A stretch of 64,000 bases of DNA from contig CACMXS010000005.1 in assembly GCA_902617715.1 (NCBI GenBank), positions 489-64,488 of the forward strand, in the 5' to 3' direction. This DNA is from an uncultured Pelagibacteraceae bacterium (GTDB lineage Bacteria > Pseudomonadota > Alphaproteobacteria > Pelagibacterales > Pelagibacteraceae). This document shows, one piece after another, positions 1 through 10,189 of this stretch; position 1 is the first letter of the stretch; each line of letters starts with the position of its first letter. The translations under genes were made by a program, and so were the position numbers. The notes under the pieces are model-generated. The model made no database searches and was not told the DNA's origin. It saw only the letters and a program-made list of their open reading frames with translations.

Positions 1-172
1 TAATTTACCAAAATATGTAAAATCACAACTTATATCCAACAAAATATCAAATATTGACCATATAAATATAGACACTTACGATTACAAAAATAATTTTTTC
101 AGCGCTAGACGATCTTTAAGACTAAATCATGATGATTATGGTAGAAATATTTCAATAATTATGATTAATTAA
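1..172 (+). CDS. pgeF: Partial (3' end) YfiH/PgeF-family protein (purine nucleoside phosphorylase/laccase-like domain)
   Basis: Frame starting at base 2 reads ...[34 protein letters not shown] (TAA 170-172). FFSxRR...GR is the C-terminal motif of the YfiH family, which usually precedes prs in alphaproteobacteria. Not in the ORF track. Confidence 0.8.
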   Translation, partial: NLPKYVKSQLISNKISNIDHINIDTYDYKNNFFSARRSLRLNHDDYGRNISIIMIN

Positions 173-180
173 ACTTTTCA

Positions 181-1113
181 ATGAAATTATTAACTGGAAA
201 TAGTAATAAAGCATTAAGCAAAAATATTGCAAAATACTTAAAAACTAAAATTGTAAATTCTAGCATCAGAAAGTTTGCTGATGGAGAAATTTATATTGAA
301 ATTAATGAAAATATTCGTGGTAATAGTATTTTTATAATTCAGTCTATTTCATCACCAGCCAATGATAATTTAATGGAGTTGCTACTTTGTATCGATGCTC
401 TTAAAAGATCATCGGCGAAGAATATAACTGCGGTAATTCCTTATTTTGGATACGCAAGACAGGATAGAAAAGTTGTTCCAAGAACTTCTATTTCAGCAAA
501 ACTAGTTTCAAATTTAATTACTAAAGCTGGAGCAGATAGAGTAGTGACTGTAGATTTACATGCAGGACAAATACAGGGTTTTTTTGATATTCCAGTTGAT
601 AACCTTTTTGCGACTCCAATTTTCGCTAGACATGTTAAGAAAAAAGTTAAAAGTAAAAAAATGATTTGTGTGGCACCAGATGTTGGAGGAACTGAAAGAG
701 CAAGAGCATTGGGGAAAATTTTAAATGTTGGGCTTGCAATTGTAGATAAAAGAAGACCTAAACCAGGCCAATCACAAGTTATGAACATAATCGGAGATGT
801 AAAGGGCAAAACTTGTATACTTGTTGATGATATAATTGATTCAGGAGGTACAATAGTTAATGCTGCAGCTGCTTTAAAAAAAAGAGGTGCTAAAGATGTT
901 TATGTTTATATTACCCATGGTGTATTGAGTGGTGAGGCTGTAAAAAAAATCAAAAATTCAGTGATAAAAAATTTAGTAATAACAGATACAATTGATAACT
1001 ATACAAGAACAAAAAATGTAAAAAATATAGAAGTTTTGCCAATTTCTGCTCTTATGGGAGAGGCTATTAAAAGAATTTCAAATTCAACCTCAGTGTCAGA
1101 TTTATTCAAATAA
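181..1113 (+). CDS. prs: Ribose-phosphate pyrophosphokinase
   Basis: Motifs [36 protein letters not shown]. Confidence 0.98.
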   Translation: MKLLTGNSNKALSKNIAKYLKTKIVNSSIRKFADGEIYIEINENIRGNSIFIIQSISSPANDNLMELLLCIDALKRSSAKNITAVIPYFGYARQDRKVVPRTSISAKLVSNLITKAGADRVVTVDLHAGQIQGFFDIPVDNLFATPIFARHVKKKVKSKKMICVAPDVGGTERARALGKILNVGLAIVDKRRPKPGQSQVMNIIGDVKGKTCILVDDIIDSGGTIVNAAAALKKRGAKDVYVYITHGVLSGEAVKKIKNSVIKNLVITDTIDNYTRTKNVKNIEVLPISALMGEAIKRISNSTSVSDLFK

Positions 1114-1156
1114 TTACCTTGATTATTTATCAACATGAGTTAAAACCCTGTCACTT

Positions 1157-1891
1157 ATGAACTCTTTAGAAGCAAGCATTAGAGAAAATAAAACTAAAGG
1201 TCAATTGAACGCCATAAGAAGCAATGGAAGTGTGCCTGCAATCATTTATGGTGGTAAAGATGAAAATCTAAAAATTTCTATATCAAAAAAATTGTTAAAA
1301 ATTTTAATCGAGAAAGAAAATTTTTTATCCAGCATTATTACTCTAAATATAAATGGAAAATCTCAAAATGTGTTACCTAGGGAAGTTAAATACCATATAA
1401 TTAGTGATGAACCTACTCATGTTGATTTTTTGCGAGTATTACCAGGAGTAAAAATTAAAATCGAAGTTCCAGTTAATTTTATTAATCATGAAAAATCTCC
1501 TGGCTTAAAAAGAGGTGGTGTTTTAAATATAGTGAGAAGAAAAGTGGAATTAAAATGTCCGAGTGAAAAAATACCTGAAAACTTAACTATTGACCTAGAT
1601 GGTATAGATATAGGTGAAAGTTTTAAAATTTCATCAGTCAAATTAGATCCAGAAGTAGTTCCAACTATTCAAGGCAGAGACTTTGTGATTGCAACACTTG
1701 CAGCTCCAACGGTTATGAAAGAACCTGAAAAACCTGCTGAGGCAGAAGCAGGTGAAGGTGAAGAAGGAGCTGAAGGCACAGAGGGAACCGCAGCAGCAGC
1801 TGATGGAGAAAAACCGGCGGCTGATGGTGATAAAAAAGAAGGTGATGATAAAAAATCGTCTGATAAAAAACCTGCTGAAGAAAAAAAATAA
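1157..1891 (+). CDS. rplY: 50S ribosomal protein L25/general stress protein Ctc
   Basis: VPAIIYG, HVDFLRV and PGLKRGG motifs, acidic low-complexity tail; lies between prs and pth. Confidence 0.96.
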   Translation: MNSLEASIRENKTKGQLNAIRSNGSVPAIIYGGKDENLKISISKKLLKILIEKENFLSSIITLNINGKSQNVLPREVKYHIISDEPTHVDFLRVLPGVKIKIEVPVNFINHEKSPGLKRGGVLNIVRRKVELKCPSEKIPENLTIDLDGIDIGESFKISSVKLDPEVVPTIQGRDFVIATLAAPTVMKEPEKPAEAEAGEGEEGAEGTEGTAAAADGEKPAADGDKKEGDDKKSSDKKPAEEKK

Positions 1892-1924
1892 TCAATTAAG
1901 ATTTTATATTTATCTTTTCAATTT

Positions 1925-2485
1925 ATGCTTTTATTTGTAGGTCTAGGCAATCCAACCCCTGATAGTGAAAATAACAGACATAATGTTGGATTTAAGATTA
2001 TAGACAGAATAAATAAAGAATTTGGTCTTTCAAAACAAAAACCTAAATTTAAAGGTTTGTTAACAACTGGCAATATTAATAACAAAAAAGTTTATGCTAT
2101 AAAGCCTCTAACTTTCATGAATAACTCTGGTATCTGCATTAGAGAATTAATTGAATATTTCAAAATCGAAGCTGAAGATGTTTTTGTCTTTCATGATGAC
2201 CTTGATGTAGAATTTGGAAAAATTAAAGCAAAGTTTGGGGGTTCTAGTGCTGGCCATAACGGAATAGCATCTATCGATAAGTTTATCGGAAAAGATTATT
2301 CACGAGTAAGAATTGGCATTGGAAAGCCGAAAAGTAAAATAGAAGTTGCTGATTATGTTTTGCAAAATTTTGATGAAGAAGAGACTTTAGGAATAGAAAA
2401 AATTTCTAAAAATATAACAGAGTCAATTTCAATTCTTGTAGAAAAAAAATTAGATTTGTTTTCTAGTACCGTAAATAATAAATAA
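1925..2485 (+). CDS. pth: Peptidyl-tRNA hydrolase
   Basis: VGLGNP, RHNVGF, KPLTFMNNSG, HDDLD, GHNG. Confidence 0.97.
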   Translation: MLLFVGLGNPTPDSENNRHNVGFKIIDRINKEFGLSKQKPKFKGLLTTGNINNKKVYAIKPLTFMNNSGICIRELIEYFKIEAEDVFVFHDDLDVEFGKIKAKFGGSSAGHNGIASIDKFIGKDYSRVRIGIGKPKSKIEVADYVLQNFDEEETLGIEKISKNITESISILVEKKLDLFSSTVNNK

Positions 2486-3558
2486 TGAGTTTTAAGTGTG
2501 GAATTGTTGGATTACCTAATGTTGGTAAATCTACATTGTTTAATGCATTAACAAATTCAAATAAGGCTCAAGCTGCAAATTTTCCTTTTTGTACCATTGA
2601 TCCAAATGTTGGAGTTGTAGCTGTACCAGATCCAAGAATAGAAAATTTAGCGAAAATTTCAAAATCAAAAAAAATTATTAATACCACAATATCATTTGTT
2701 GATATCGCTGGCTTGGTAAAAGGTGCATCAAAAGGTGAAGGACTTGGAAACAAATTCTTATCTCATATAAGAGAAGTAGATGCAATTATAAACATGGTTA
2801 GATGTTTTGATTCAGATGATATCCAAAATGTTAATCCAAATGTTGATCCAGTGAGAGATCTTGAAATAATTCAGACAGAAATGATGTTATCTGATTTAGA
2901 ATCCATCCAAAAAAGATTGGAAAAAAATAACAAAAAAAATATGGATGAAGAGCAAATAAAAATCCTCGAGATTGCTCTGGACTGCATCAATAATGATAAA
3001 GATATTTCTTTGTTAAAATCTCAATTTGACAGAAAAAAATTAAATCAAAGCGGCTTATTATCTATAAAACCAAAAATATTTGTTTGTAATGTTGACGAAC
3101 AAAGCGTCCAAATGGGAAATAATTATACAAATTTATTTATTAAAAAGTATGGTGATGAAAATACATTAATAATTTCAGCTGATATTGAAAATCAAATAAA
3201 TGAACTTAATATAAATGAAAAAAAAAATTATATGGAAATGATAGGTTTAAAAAAAACTGGTTTAGATATATTGATTCAAAAAGGATATAAAATTCTTGAA
3301 TTAGAAACATTTTTTACTTCAGGACCAGAAGAAACTAGAGCATGGACTATCCAAAAAAATTGTTCTGCTCCCAAAGCAGCTGGAGAAATTCATACAGATT
3401 TTGAAAAAGGATTTATAAGAGCTGAAACAATTTCATATAATGATTTTATTTCAAACGAAGGTTGGACAAACTCAAAAGCTAATGGGAAAATGAGATTAGA
3501 AGGTAAAGATTATATTGTGAAAGATGGTGATATATTAAACTTTCGTTTCAATACGTGA
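2485..3558 (+). CDS. ychF: Redox-regulated ribosome-binding ATPase YchF
   Basis: GIVGLPNVGKSTLFNALT, DIAGLVKGASKGEGLGNKFL, C-terminal TGS domain ending YIVKDGD. Confidence 0.97.
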   Translation: MSFKCGIVGLPNVGKSTLFNALTNSNKAQAANFPFCTIDPNVGVVAVPDPRIENLAKISKSKKIINTTISFVDIAGLVKGASKGEGLGNKFLSHIREVDAIINMVRCFDSDDIQNVNPNVDPVRDLEIIQTEMMLSDLESIQKRLEKNNKKNMDEEQIKILEIALDCINNDKDISLLKSQFDRKKLNQSGLLSIKPKIFVCNVDEQSVQMGNNYTNLFIKKYGDENTLIISADIENQINELNINEKKNYMEMIGLKKTGLDILIQKGYKILELETFFTSGPEETRAWTIQKNCSAPKAAGEIHTDFEKGFIRAETISYNDFISNEGWTNSKANGKMRLEGKDYIVKDGDILNFRFNT

Positions 3559-4314
3559 CCAAATTTTTTTCATACTAAAATAAACTAGAGTTGTAAGAAT
3601 AATTAGATAAACAATAGCTTTAAAGCCCATCTTGTGTCTTGCCTCTAAATGTGGTTCTGCCGCCCACATCAAAAATGTTGTTACATCTTTTGACATTTGT
3701 TCAACTGTTGCTTTTGTCCCGTCTGAATATTCCACTAAACCATCTGATAATTGATTAGACATTTTAATTTTATTTCCATACATGTACTTATTATAATAAA
3801 CTCCATCTTCCAGCATAAATCCAACAGGCGGATCCTCGTAGCCTTGAAGAAGTGAATATATATAGTCTACCCCACCTCCTCTTGCTTTAACTAAGACAGA
3901 CATATCGGGAGGATAAGCACCTCCATTGGCAGCTTGAGCAGCTTTAACATTATCGTAAGGCATAACAAATTTATCAGATAGTTTTCCTGGTCTTGTAAAC
4001 ATTTCACCATCAGAATTCGGTCCATCTTTTACCTCAAAAGACGCTGCAATAGCTTTAGCTTGTGCCTCAGAAAATTCTGGTCCACCTTTTTCTGATAAAT
4101 TTCTATAACTCAAATATTTCATAGAATGACAAGATGAACACACTTCAGTATAAACTTGATATCCTCTCTGAAGTGCAGAACGGTCAAATTTTCCAAATAG
4201 ACCCTTAAAACTCCAGTCTGTTTTTAAATATTCTACTTTCTCGGCAGCAATAGAACTATATTGAAATCCAAAAATGAGTGTTATTATGAATAAAATTCTA
4301 ATAAAGTTTTTCAC
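3535..4314 (-). CDS. petC: Cytochrome c1 (bc1 complex)
   Basis: Signal peptide, LQRGYQVY, heme motif CSSCH, PPDMS, C-terminal TM anchor. Confidence 0.97.
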   Translation of the reverse strand: MKNFIRILFIITLIFGFQYSSIAAEKVEYLKTDWSFKGLFGKFDRSALQRGYQVYTEVCSSCHSMKYLSYRNLSEKGGPEFSEAQAKAIAASFEVKDGPNSDGEMFTRPGKLSDKFVMPYDNVKAAQAANGGAYPPDMSVLVKARGGGVDYIYSLLQGYEDPPVGFMLEDGVYYNKYMYGNKIKMSNQLSDGLVEYSDGTKATVEQMSKDVTTFLMWAAEPHLEARHKMGFKAIVYLIILTTLVYFSMKKIWSRIETKV

Positions 4315-5577
4315 TTATTTTTCAAAACTTTCTTTATTTTTTGCTGCAGCTAAATTAGGAGACCCACCTAAAATAGGCTCAGTAATACTTAATGGAACTG
4401 GTAGCGTCTTTTCTTTAAATCCTAATAGAGGTAATATTACTAAAAAGTGTAAAAAATAATATGCTGTAGCTATTCTAGCTATCAATAAATATAATCCTTC
4501 AGCAGGCATTGCTCCCACGTAACCTAAAATTAAAACATCAGCGACAAGTATCCAATAAAATTGTCTATATAAAGGTCTAAATACTGCTGATCTTATTTTA
4601 GAAGTATCTAACCAAGGAAGTGCTGCTAAGATAAAAATTGCAGAAAGCATAGCGACAACTCCTAATAACTTATCGGGGACCGATCTTAAAATTGCATAAA
4701 AAGGTAATAAATACCACTCTGGAACTATATGTGCAGGTGTAACCAAAGGATTTGCTTCAATATAATTATCTGCATGTCCCAATATATTAGGTGTATAAAA
4801 AACAAAAAACGCGAAAACAATCATAAACATCAATAAAGCAAAACCATCTTTGATTACTATGTAAGGATGAAATGGTACTGTGTCTTTAGATGGTTTTTTT
4901 ACATCAATACCAATAGGATTATTATTTCCTGGAACATGTAAAGCCCAAATATGCAAAACAACTAAACCTAAAATTAAAAATGGAATTAGATAATGAAGTG
5001 TGAAAAATCTAGTTAATGTTGGGTTATCTACTGAATATCCACCCCACAACCAGGTTACTATTCCTTCTCCAACTAAAGGAATTGCACTAAATAAATTTGT
5101 TATTACTGTTGCTCCCCAGAAACTCATTTGCCCCCATGGAAGGACGTAACCCATAAATGCAGCTGCCATCATTAATAGATAGATTATAATACCTATGATC
5201 CAAATAATTTCTCTTGGAGCTTTATATGAACCGTAAAATAGAGATCTAAATATATGAATATAGACTGCTAAAAAAAACATTGAAGCACCATTTGCATGAA
5301 TATATCTAATCAACCAACCATAATTAACATCTCTCATAATGTGCTCAACACTATCAAAAGCCATGTCTGCATGGGCAATGTAATGCATAGCCAACACTAA
5401 ACCTGTTACAATTTGTGTGATTAAACAAAAAGTGAGAATTCCACCGAAGGTCCACCAATAGTTTAAATTTTTTGGAGTTGGATAATCTGTTAGATGGTTT
5501 GCAAGTGTTAAGAGAGGTAGTCGGTCATTAAACCATTTTCCAAATTTCGATTTAGGGTTATATTCGTGATCACTCAT
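4315..5577 (-). CDS. petB: Cytochrome b (bc1 complex)
   Basis: [32 protein letters not shown] motif. Confidence 0.98.
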   Translation of the reverse strand: MSDHEYNPKSKFGKWFNDRLPLLTLANHLTDYPTPKNLNYWWTFGGILTFCLITQIVTGLVLAMHYIAHADMAFDSVEHIMRDVNYGWLIRYIHANGASMFFLAVYIHIFRSLFYGSYKAPREIIWIIGIIIYLLMMAAAFMGYVLPWGQMSFWGATVITNLFSAIPLVGEGIVTWLWGGYSVDNPTLTRFFTLHYLIPFLILGLVVLHIWALHVPGNNNPIGIDVKKPSKDTVPFHPYIVIKDGFALLMFMIVFAFFVFYTPNILGHADNYIEANPLVTPAHIVPEWYLLPFYAILRSVPDKLLGVVAMLSAIFILAALPWLDTSKIRSAVFRPLYRQFYWILVADVLILGYVGAMPAEGLYLLIARIATAYYFLHFLVILPLLGFKEKTLPVPLSITEPILGGSPNLAAAKNKESFEK

Positions 5578-5585
5578 AATTATAT

Positions 5586-6095
5586 CTATCCAATTTTGAT
5601 TGTATTTGCATTTACAAATTCGTATTTAGGTATTTCCATGTTTGTTGGGGCTGGTCCTTTTCTAATTCTACCCGACGTATCATAATGTGATCCATGACAT
5701 GGACAAAACCAACCGTTATAATCTCCCTTTTGATCAAGGGGCACACATCCAAGATGAGTGCAAACTCCAAGCATAACAAGCCACTCTGGATTTTGTGCAC
5801 GATCTTCATCTTTTTCAGGATGTTTTAGATCTTCCAATTTGACTGATCTTGCTTCCGCAATTTCGTCATCTGTTCTTCTTCTTATAAAAACTGGTTTTCC
5901 CCTCCAAAGAACTGTAATTGTTTTTCCTGGATTTACGGAACTCACATCTACTTCTGTACTAGCTAACGCTTTTACAGAAGCATCTGGGTTCATTTGATCG
6001 ATCATCGGCCAAACTGTAGCGCCTACCCCAACCGCTCCAACAGCATACGTAGCTGTAAATAAAAAATCTCTTCTATTAGTTTTTTTTTCCGCCAT
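5586..6095 (-). CDS. petA: Rieske iron-sulfur subunit of ubiquinol-cytochrome c reductase
   Basis: Tat motif RRDFL, CTHLGC and CPCHGS boxes. Confidence 0.98.
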   Translation of the reverse strand: MAEKKTNRRDFLFTATYAVGAVGVGATVWPMIDQMNPDASVKALASTEVDVSSVNPGKTITVLWRGKPVFIRRRTDDEIAEARSVKLEDLKHPEKDEDRAQNPEWLVMLGVCTHLGCVPLDQKGDYNGWFCPCHGSHYDTSGRIRKGPAPTNMEIPKYEFVNANTIKIG

Positions 6096-6183
6096 TTGAA
6101 AGTCTATATAATTCTATATATTGATTTAGATAGTTAATATATGATTACATATAATAAGAAAATATTATTTTTCTACTGAAAGA

Positions 6184-6657
6184 ATGACACATAATCTTGT
6201 AAACGATGGGCCCAATATTGCATTATTTGAACCAGATATCCCTCAAAATACCGCTGCAATAATAAGAACTTGTGCTTGCCTAGGGGCAAAATTAGAGATT
6301 ATAGAGCCTTGTGGCTTTTTGCTTAGTGATAAAAGGTTTAAAAGGGTAGTGATGGATTATATGGATGAAAACCAGATTAAATTCTACGAAAGCTCAAATC
6401 AATTCTTTGAAAAGAAAAAGAATCAAAGAATTATATTGATGACTACAAAAGCAACAGTATCTTATACAAAATTTAAATTTAATATTAATGATACTATTAT
6501 GTTTGGAAGAGAAAGTGCCGGTGTTCCTAATAAAGTACACAAAATGATTAAAGATAGATTAAGAATACCCATGAAACAAAATATGCGTTCTCTTAACGTC
6601 GCCTCATCAGTTGCAATTATTTTAGCTGAATGCTTAAGACAAATAAAGCTAACTTAA
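6184..6657 (+). CDS. trmL: tRNA (cytidine(34)-2'-O)-methyltransferase, SPOUT family
   Basis: EPDIPQNT, FGRESAG, RSLNVASS. Confidence 0.93.
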   Translation: MTHNLVNDGPNIALFEPDIPQNTAAIIRTCACLGAKLEIIEPCGFLLSDKRFKRVVMDYMDENQIKFYESSNQFFEKKKNQRIILMTTKATVSYTKFKFNINDTIMFGRESAGVPNKVHKMIKDRLRIPMKQNMRSLNVASSVAIILAECLRQIKLT

Positions 6658-6658
6658 A

Positions 6659-7486
6659 ATGAATATAGAAATTAAAAAAGATTTAACAAGTAATTGGTTT
6701 AAAATGATTCAGGAATCAATTTGTCATTCAATAAGTGACTTGGAGAATAATAATATTAGTTTTAAATCGACTAGATGGAAAAAAAATAAGAAAAAAGATG
6801 AGGGTGGAGGTGAATTTAGAATTCTAAAGGATGGAAAAATATTTGACAAAGTTGGGGTCAATTACTCAAAAGTATATGGCAAATTTCCTAAAAATTTCCA
6901 AAAAAAAATACTTGGAGCAAAAAAGAATCCTAGTTTCTGGGCATCAGGAATTTCCGTTGTAATGCATATGAAAAATCCCCATATTCCAGCAATGCATTTT
7001 AATACAAGATATATTTGTACCACACAAGATTGGTTTGGTGGAGGAATAGATGTAACGCCATCAATAAAAGATGAAAATGAGAAAAAGGAATTTCATAAAA
7101 TACTAAAAAAAATGTGTGAACGTCATAACAAAAATTATTACGCTAAATATAAAAAATGGTGTGATGAATATTTTTATTTACCTCATAGAAAAGAAACAAG
7201 AGGAATAGGAGGAATTTTTTTTGATTATAAAAAAAATAATTTTGAAAAAGATTTTAAATTTACTAGGGATATTGGAATTACATTTCAATCTATTTTTGAA
7301 AAAATTATTAGAAAAAAAATAAAAAAAAAATGGACATATAAAGAAAAAGAAATGCAATATCTCAAAAGAGGTAGATATGTTGAATTCAATTTATTGTATG
7401 ACAGGGGAACAAAATTTGGATTACAAACTGGTGGAAATATTGATGGTATATTAATGTCACTTCCACCATTAGCTAAATGGAAATGA
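6659..7486 (+). CDS. hemF: Oxygen-dependent coproporphyrinogen III oxidase
   Basis: [49 protein letters not shown]. Confidence 0.97.
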   Translation: MNIEIKKDLTSNWFKMIQESICHSISDLENNNISFKSTRWKKNKKKDEGGGEFRILKDGKIFDKVGVNYSKVYGKFPKNFQKKILGAKKNPSFWASGISVVMHMKNPHIPAMHFNTRYICTTQDWFGGGIDVTPSIKDENEKKEFHKILKKMCERHNKNYYAKYKKWCDEYFYLPHRKETRGIGGIFFDYKKNNFEKDFKFTRDIGITFQSIFEKIIRKKIKKKWTYKEKEMQYLKRGRYVEFNLLYDRGTKFGLQTGGNIDGILMSLPPLAKWK

Positions 7487-7487
7487 T

Positions 7488-7964
7488 ATGGAAAAAGAAC
7501 CAATTACTTTAAATGGATTGAATAAACTTAAAGAAGAACTAGTTTTTCTAAAAGAAAAAAAAAGACCCGAAATTGTTGCGGCTATTGCTGAAGCCAGATC
7601 ACATGGTGATCTCAAAGAAAATGCGGAGTATCACGCTGCGAAAGAAGAGCAATCACACAATGAAGGAAGAATTACTGAAATAAATGATATCATAGCAAGA
7701 GCAAATGTTATTGATGTAACCAAAATGAATAATGAAGGTAAAATTATTTTTGGATCAACAGTATTTTTAGAAAATTTAGATACAGGGGAAAAAATTAATT
7801 ATAAAATTGTTGGCAAAGATGAGGCGGATCTTAAAAATAAATTAATTTACTTTCAATCGCCGATTGGAAAAGGTTTGATTGGAAAAAATAAAAATGATTT
7901 AGTAGAAATAAATACTCCTGCAGGAATTAAGAATTTTGAAATTAAAGATGTCAAATATCTCTAA
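7488..7964 (+). CDS. greA: Transcription elongation factor GreA
   Basis: [28 protein letters not shown]. Confidence 0.97.
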   Translation: MEKEPITLNGLNKLKEELVFLKEKKRPEIVAAIAEARSHGDLKENAEYHAAKEEQSHNEGRITEINDIIARANVIDVTKMNNEGKIIFGSTVFLENLDTGEKINYKIVGKDEADLKNKLIYFQSPIGKGLIGKNKNDLVEINTPAGIKNFEIKDVKYL

Positions 7965-9235
7965 TTATTTATAATATTTTCAACTTGTTGATCAGATATC
8001 TTAAAATTATTATTTACCCATTCTTTTTCTATCATTCTAAGTTTATCCCCCAATACTTTACCCTCAGTAATTTTATATTTAGCCATTAAATTATCTGCTT
8101 TAATTGGCATAATTGGTTTGATCATATCTTTATAGAATTTAATTAGCTCAATCAAATTATTATCTAATTTCTTCAATTTAAATATTCTAAAACTTAAAAT
8201 ATCAATTAAAATTTCCTTACCTTTAAAATAAAAGATTCTATTCAAATTTTCTTTTGAGAAAGTCTTGGAAGTTATTTTTTCATTATAAAATTCATGAATA
8301 TTCTTTAGTCTTATTTGATCTTTTTTTGAAATATTAAATTTATACAAAAAATAATCCACATTGTCAGTTTGATCAATTACTAATAGTGAGATTATAAAAA
8401 TAAAATCTAATTCTTTTAAAACTTGACTTGAGTAGGAATTTAATTTTGTAAATATCTTAAAATATTTTAATTGAGGAAATATTGCCTCTAAAATTTCTAA
8501 GCAGAATTTGTCATTGTTAATATTTTCTAAAATTTTTGGACTAAGTATTTTTTTTAATTCATCCAACAATCTTTCTTTTGATAGTTTTGAGATACCATCA
8601 AGATTCATTTTTATGTGTTTGATATTTTCTGACTTGTGTTTTTGTTTTGAATAATTTAAAAAAAATCTTAAATATCTTAATATTCTTAGATAATCCTCTT
8701 TAATTCTTTTTTCAGGATTTCCAATAAAATTGACCTCTCCTTTTTCTAAGTCTTCTTTCCCATGGTAAGGATCAAATAAATTTCCTTCTTTATCAGAATA
8801 AATTGCATTAATTGTAAAATCCCTTCTAGACGCATCTTTTTTCCAATCTTTTGAAAATTTTACTTCTGCATGTCTTCCATCTGTAGAAATATCTTCTCTT
8901 AAGCTTGTGATTTCAAATTTATAATCATCAATTAGTGCTGTAATAGTTCCATGTTCAATGCCAGTTTCATAAAAATTTATTTCACTTTTTTTCAGAGCCT
9001 CACAAACATCTTTTGGGTCCAAGTTTGTAGCTAAATCAATGTCATCAATTTTTTCTTTATTGATTATTTTTCTTACACACCCTCCTACATATCTAATCTC
9101 ACTTACGTCAGAGTAAGAATTTATTGCTTTAAAAATTTTATTTGCTGGAGTTTTATAAGTTAAATCTTTTAAATCGTGACTGACATTATCTAGATTATTG
9201 CTTCTTAAAAATAATTTATCTAATAAGTATTTCAT
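7961..9235 (-). CDS. cca: CCA tRNA nucleotidyltransferase (class II NTase)
   Basis: [38 protein letters not shown]. Confidence 0.9.
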   Translation of the reverse strand: MKYLLDKLFLRSNNLDNVSHDLKDLTYKTPANKIFKAINSYSDVSEIRYVGGCVRKIINKEKIDDIDLATNLDPKDVCEALKKSEINFYETGIEHGTITALIDDYKFEITSLREDISTDGRHAEVKFSKDWKKDASRRDFTINAIYSDKEGNLFDPYHGKEDLEKGEVNFIGNPEKRIKEDYLRILRYLRFFLNYSKQKHKSENIKHIKMNLDGISKLSKERLLDELKKILSPKILENINNDKFCLEILEAIFPQLKYFKIFTKLNSYSSQVLKELDFIFIISLLVIDQTDNVDYFLYKFNISKKDQIRLKNIHEFYNEKITSKTFSKENLNRIFYFKGKEILIDILSFRIFKLKKLDNNLIELIKFYKDMIKPIMPIKADNLMAKYKITEGKVLGDKLRMIEKEWVNNNFKISDQQVENIINN

Positions 9236-9238
9236 ATT

Positions 9239-9312
9239 TGGCTGGGGCGCTAGGATTCGAACCTAGGATGCAGGTACCAAAAACCCGTGCCTTACCGCTT
9301 GGCTACGCCCCA
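9239..9312 (-). tRNA. tRNA-Gln(UUG), CCA encoded
   Basis: Minus strand reads TGGGGCGTAGCCAAGCGGTAAGGCACGGGTTTTTGGTACCTGCATCCTAGGTTCGAATCCTAGCGCCCCAGCCA: acceptor stem TGGGGCG/CGCCCCA, anticodon stem CGGGT/ACCTG around TTG, T-loop TTCGAAT, U1-A72 pair. Confidence 0.97.
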
Positions 9313-9344
9313 ATAATAAATTCGTATAACATAAAAAATAAAAT

Positions 9345-10187
9345 TTATATAGTTTTTGAACTGATACACCAATATTTTTTATGATCCTTATTAAACTGTT
9401 TTTGGGCAATATCACATTGTCTTTTTGATGCATAATAAGCAATAAAAGCAGATCCAGAACCTGACATTCTAACAAAAATTGGTTTTTCCAAATTTCTTAG
9501 ATAAGTCTTAACTTTAATTAAAATTGGATATTTTTTTGATGCAATTTTTTCCAGTGAATTATTCGCTTTTTTCAAATAGTTAAAGTTGAACATCTTTTTT
9601 TGAGGGTTGTAAAATTTAATTTTATCAAATTTCTTAACACATGAATATATTTCTTTGGTCGAACAACCAAATGTAGGTTTGACAACTAATGTGAATAATT
9701 TTTTACAATTTCTATATCTTTTTATTTTTTTTTTAGAGTTCAAAATGGAATTGGTTGGGTCTAATCCCAATATAACATCTGATCCAATATATTCTGCAAT
9801 TTTTGATATTTGTTTTGTATTTAATTTTATAATTTTTCTTCTTATAAAATACCTTAAAATATTAGCTGCATTCATTGAGCCTCCACCTAAACCAGACTTT
9901 TGAGGAATATTTTTAGTCACTTTTATAAAATATTTCTGATGAATTAATTTTTTTCTCTCCAAAAGCTTTAGTAATTTTGAAATAGTATTAGATGAACTGA
10001 TATTCTTGGAAAATTTTCCATTGAATACAATACGGTGATTTTTTGATCTAATTCTTTTTATAAAAATTAAATCATGAAGTTCTATAAAGGCAATTAAGCT
10101 TTCTATTTTATGTAATTTTTTAGATTTTCCTACTACATTTAAAGCTAAATTAATTTTAGCATTCGATTTAATCTTTGCAAAACTCAT
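9345..10187 (-). CDS. ispE: 4-diphosphocytidyl-2-C-methyl-D-erythritol kinase
   Basis: AKINLALNV, KNIPQKSGLGGGS, RMSGSGS (GHMP kinase). Confidence 0.94.
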   Translation of the reverse strand: MSFAKIKSNAKINLALNVVGKSKKLHKIESLIAFIELHDLIFIKRIRSKNHRIVFNGKFSKNISSSNTISKLLKLLERKKLIHQKYFIKVTKNIPQKSGLGGGSMNAANILRYFIRRKIIKLNTKQISKIAEYIGSDVILGLDPTNSILNSKKKIKRYRNCKKLFTLVVKPTFGCSTKEIYSCVKKFDKIKFYNPQKKMFNFNYLKKANNSLEKIASKKYPILIKVKTYLRNLEKPIFVRMSGSGSAFIAYYASKRQCDIAQKQFNKDHKKYWCISSKTI

Positions 10188-10189
10188 TT

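Noticed and set aside
1119-1133. TTGAT-N5-ATCAA upstream of rplY (and TTGAT-N1-ATCAA at 40425-40435) as FNR boxes
   Set aside because: The spacing does not match the FNR consensus (N4), and such AT-rich palindromes arise easily by chance here.
1730-1891. More GC-rich, low-complexity repeat-like stretch with an overlapping 62-aa ORF (1752-1940)
   Set aside because: It encodes the ordinary acidic Ala/Glu/Gly tail of Ctc/L25.
7310-7330. Long poly-A/poly-T runs (here and at many other sites) as phase-variation or frameshift signals
   Set aside because: Expected at this AT content, all in intact frames of housekeeping genes, and no split ORFs are seen.
9239-9312. tRNA as an integration site for an island or prophage
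   Set aside because: It is flanked directly by the core genes ispE and cca; I saw no integrase and no duplicated tRNA 3' end.
9263-9475. 70-aa ORF overlapping ispE and the tRNA
   Set aside because: It runs through the tRNA-Gln gene and has no protein features.
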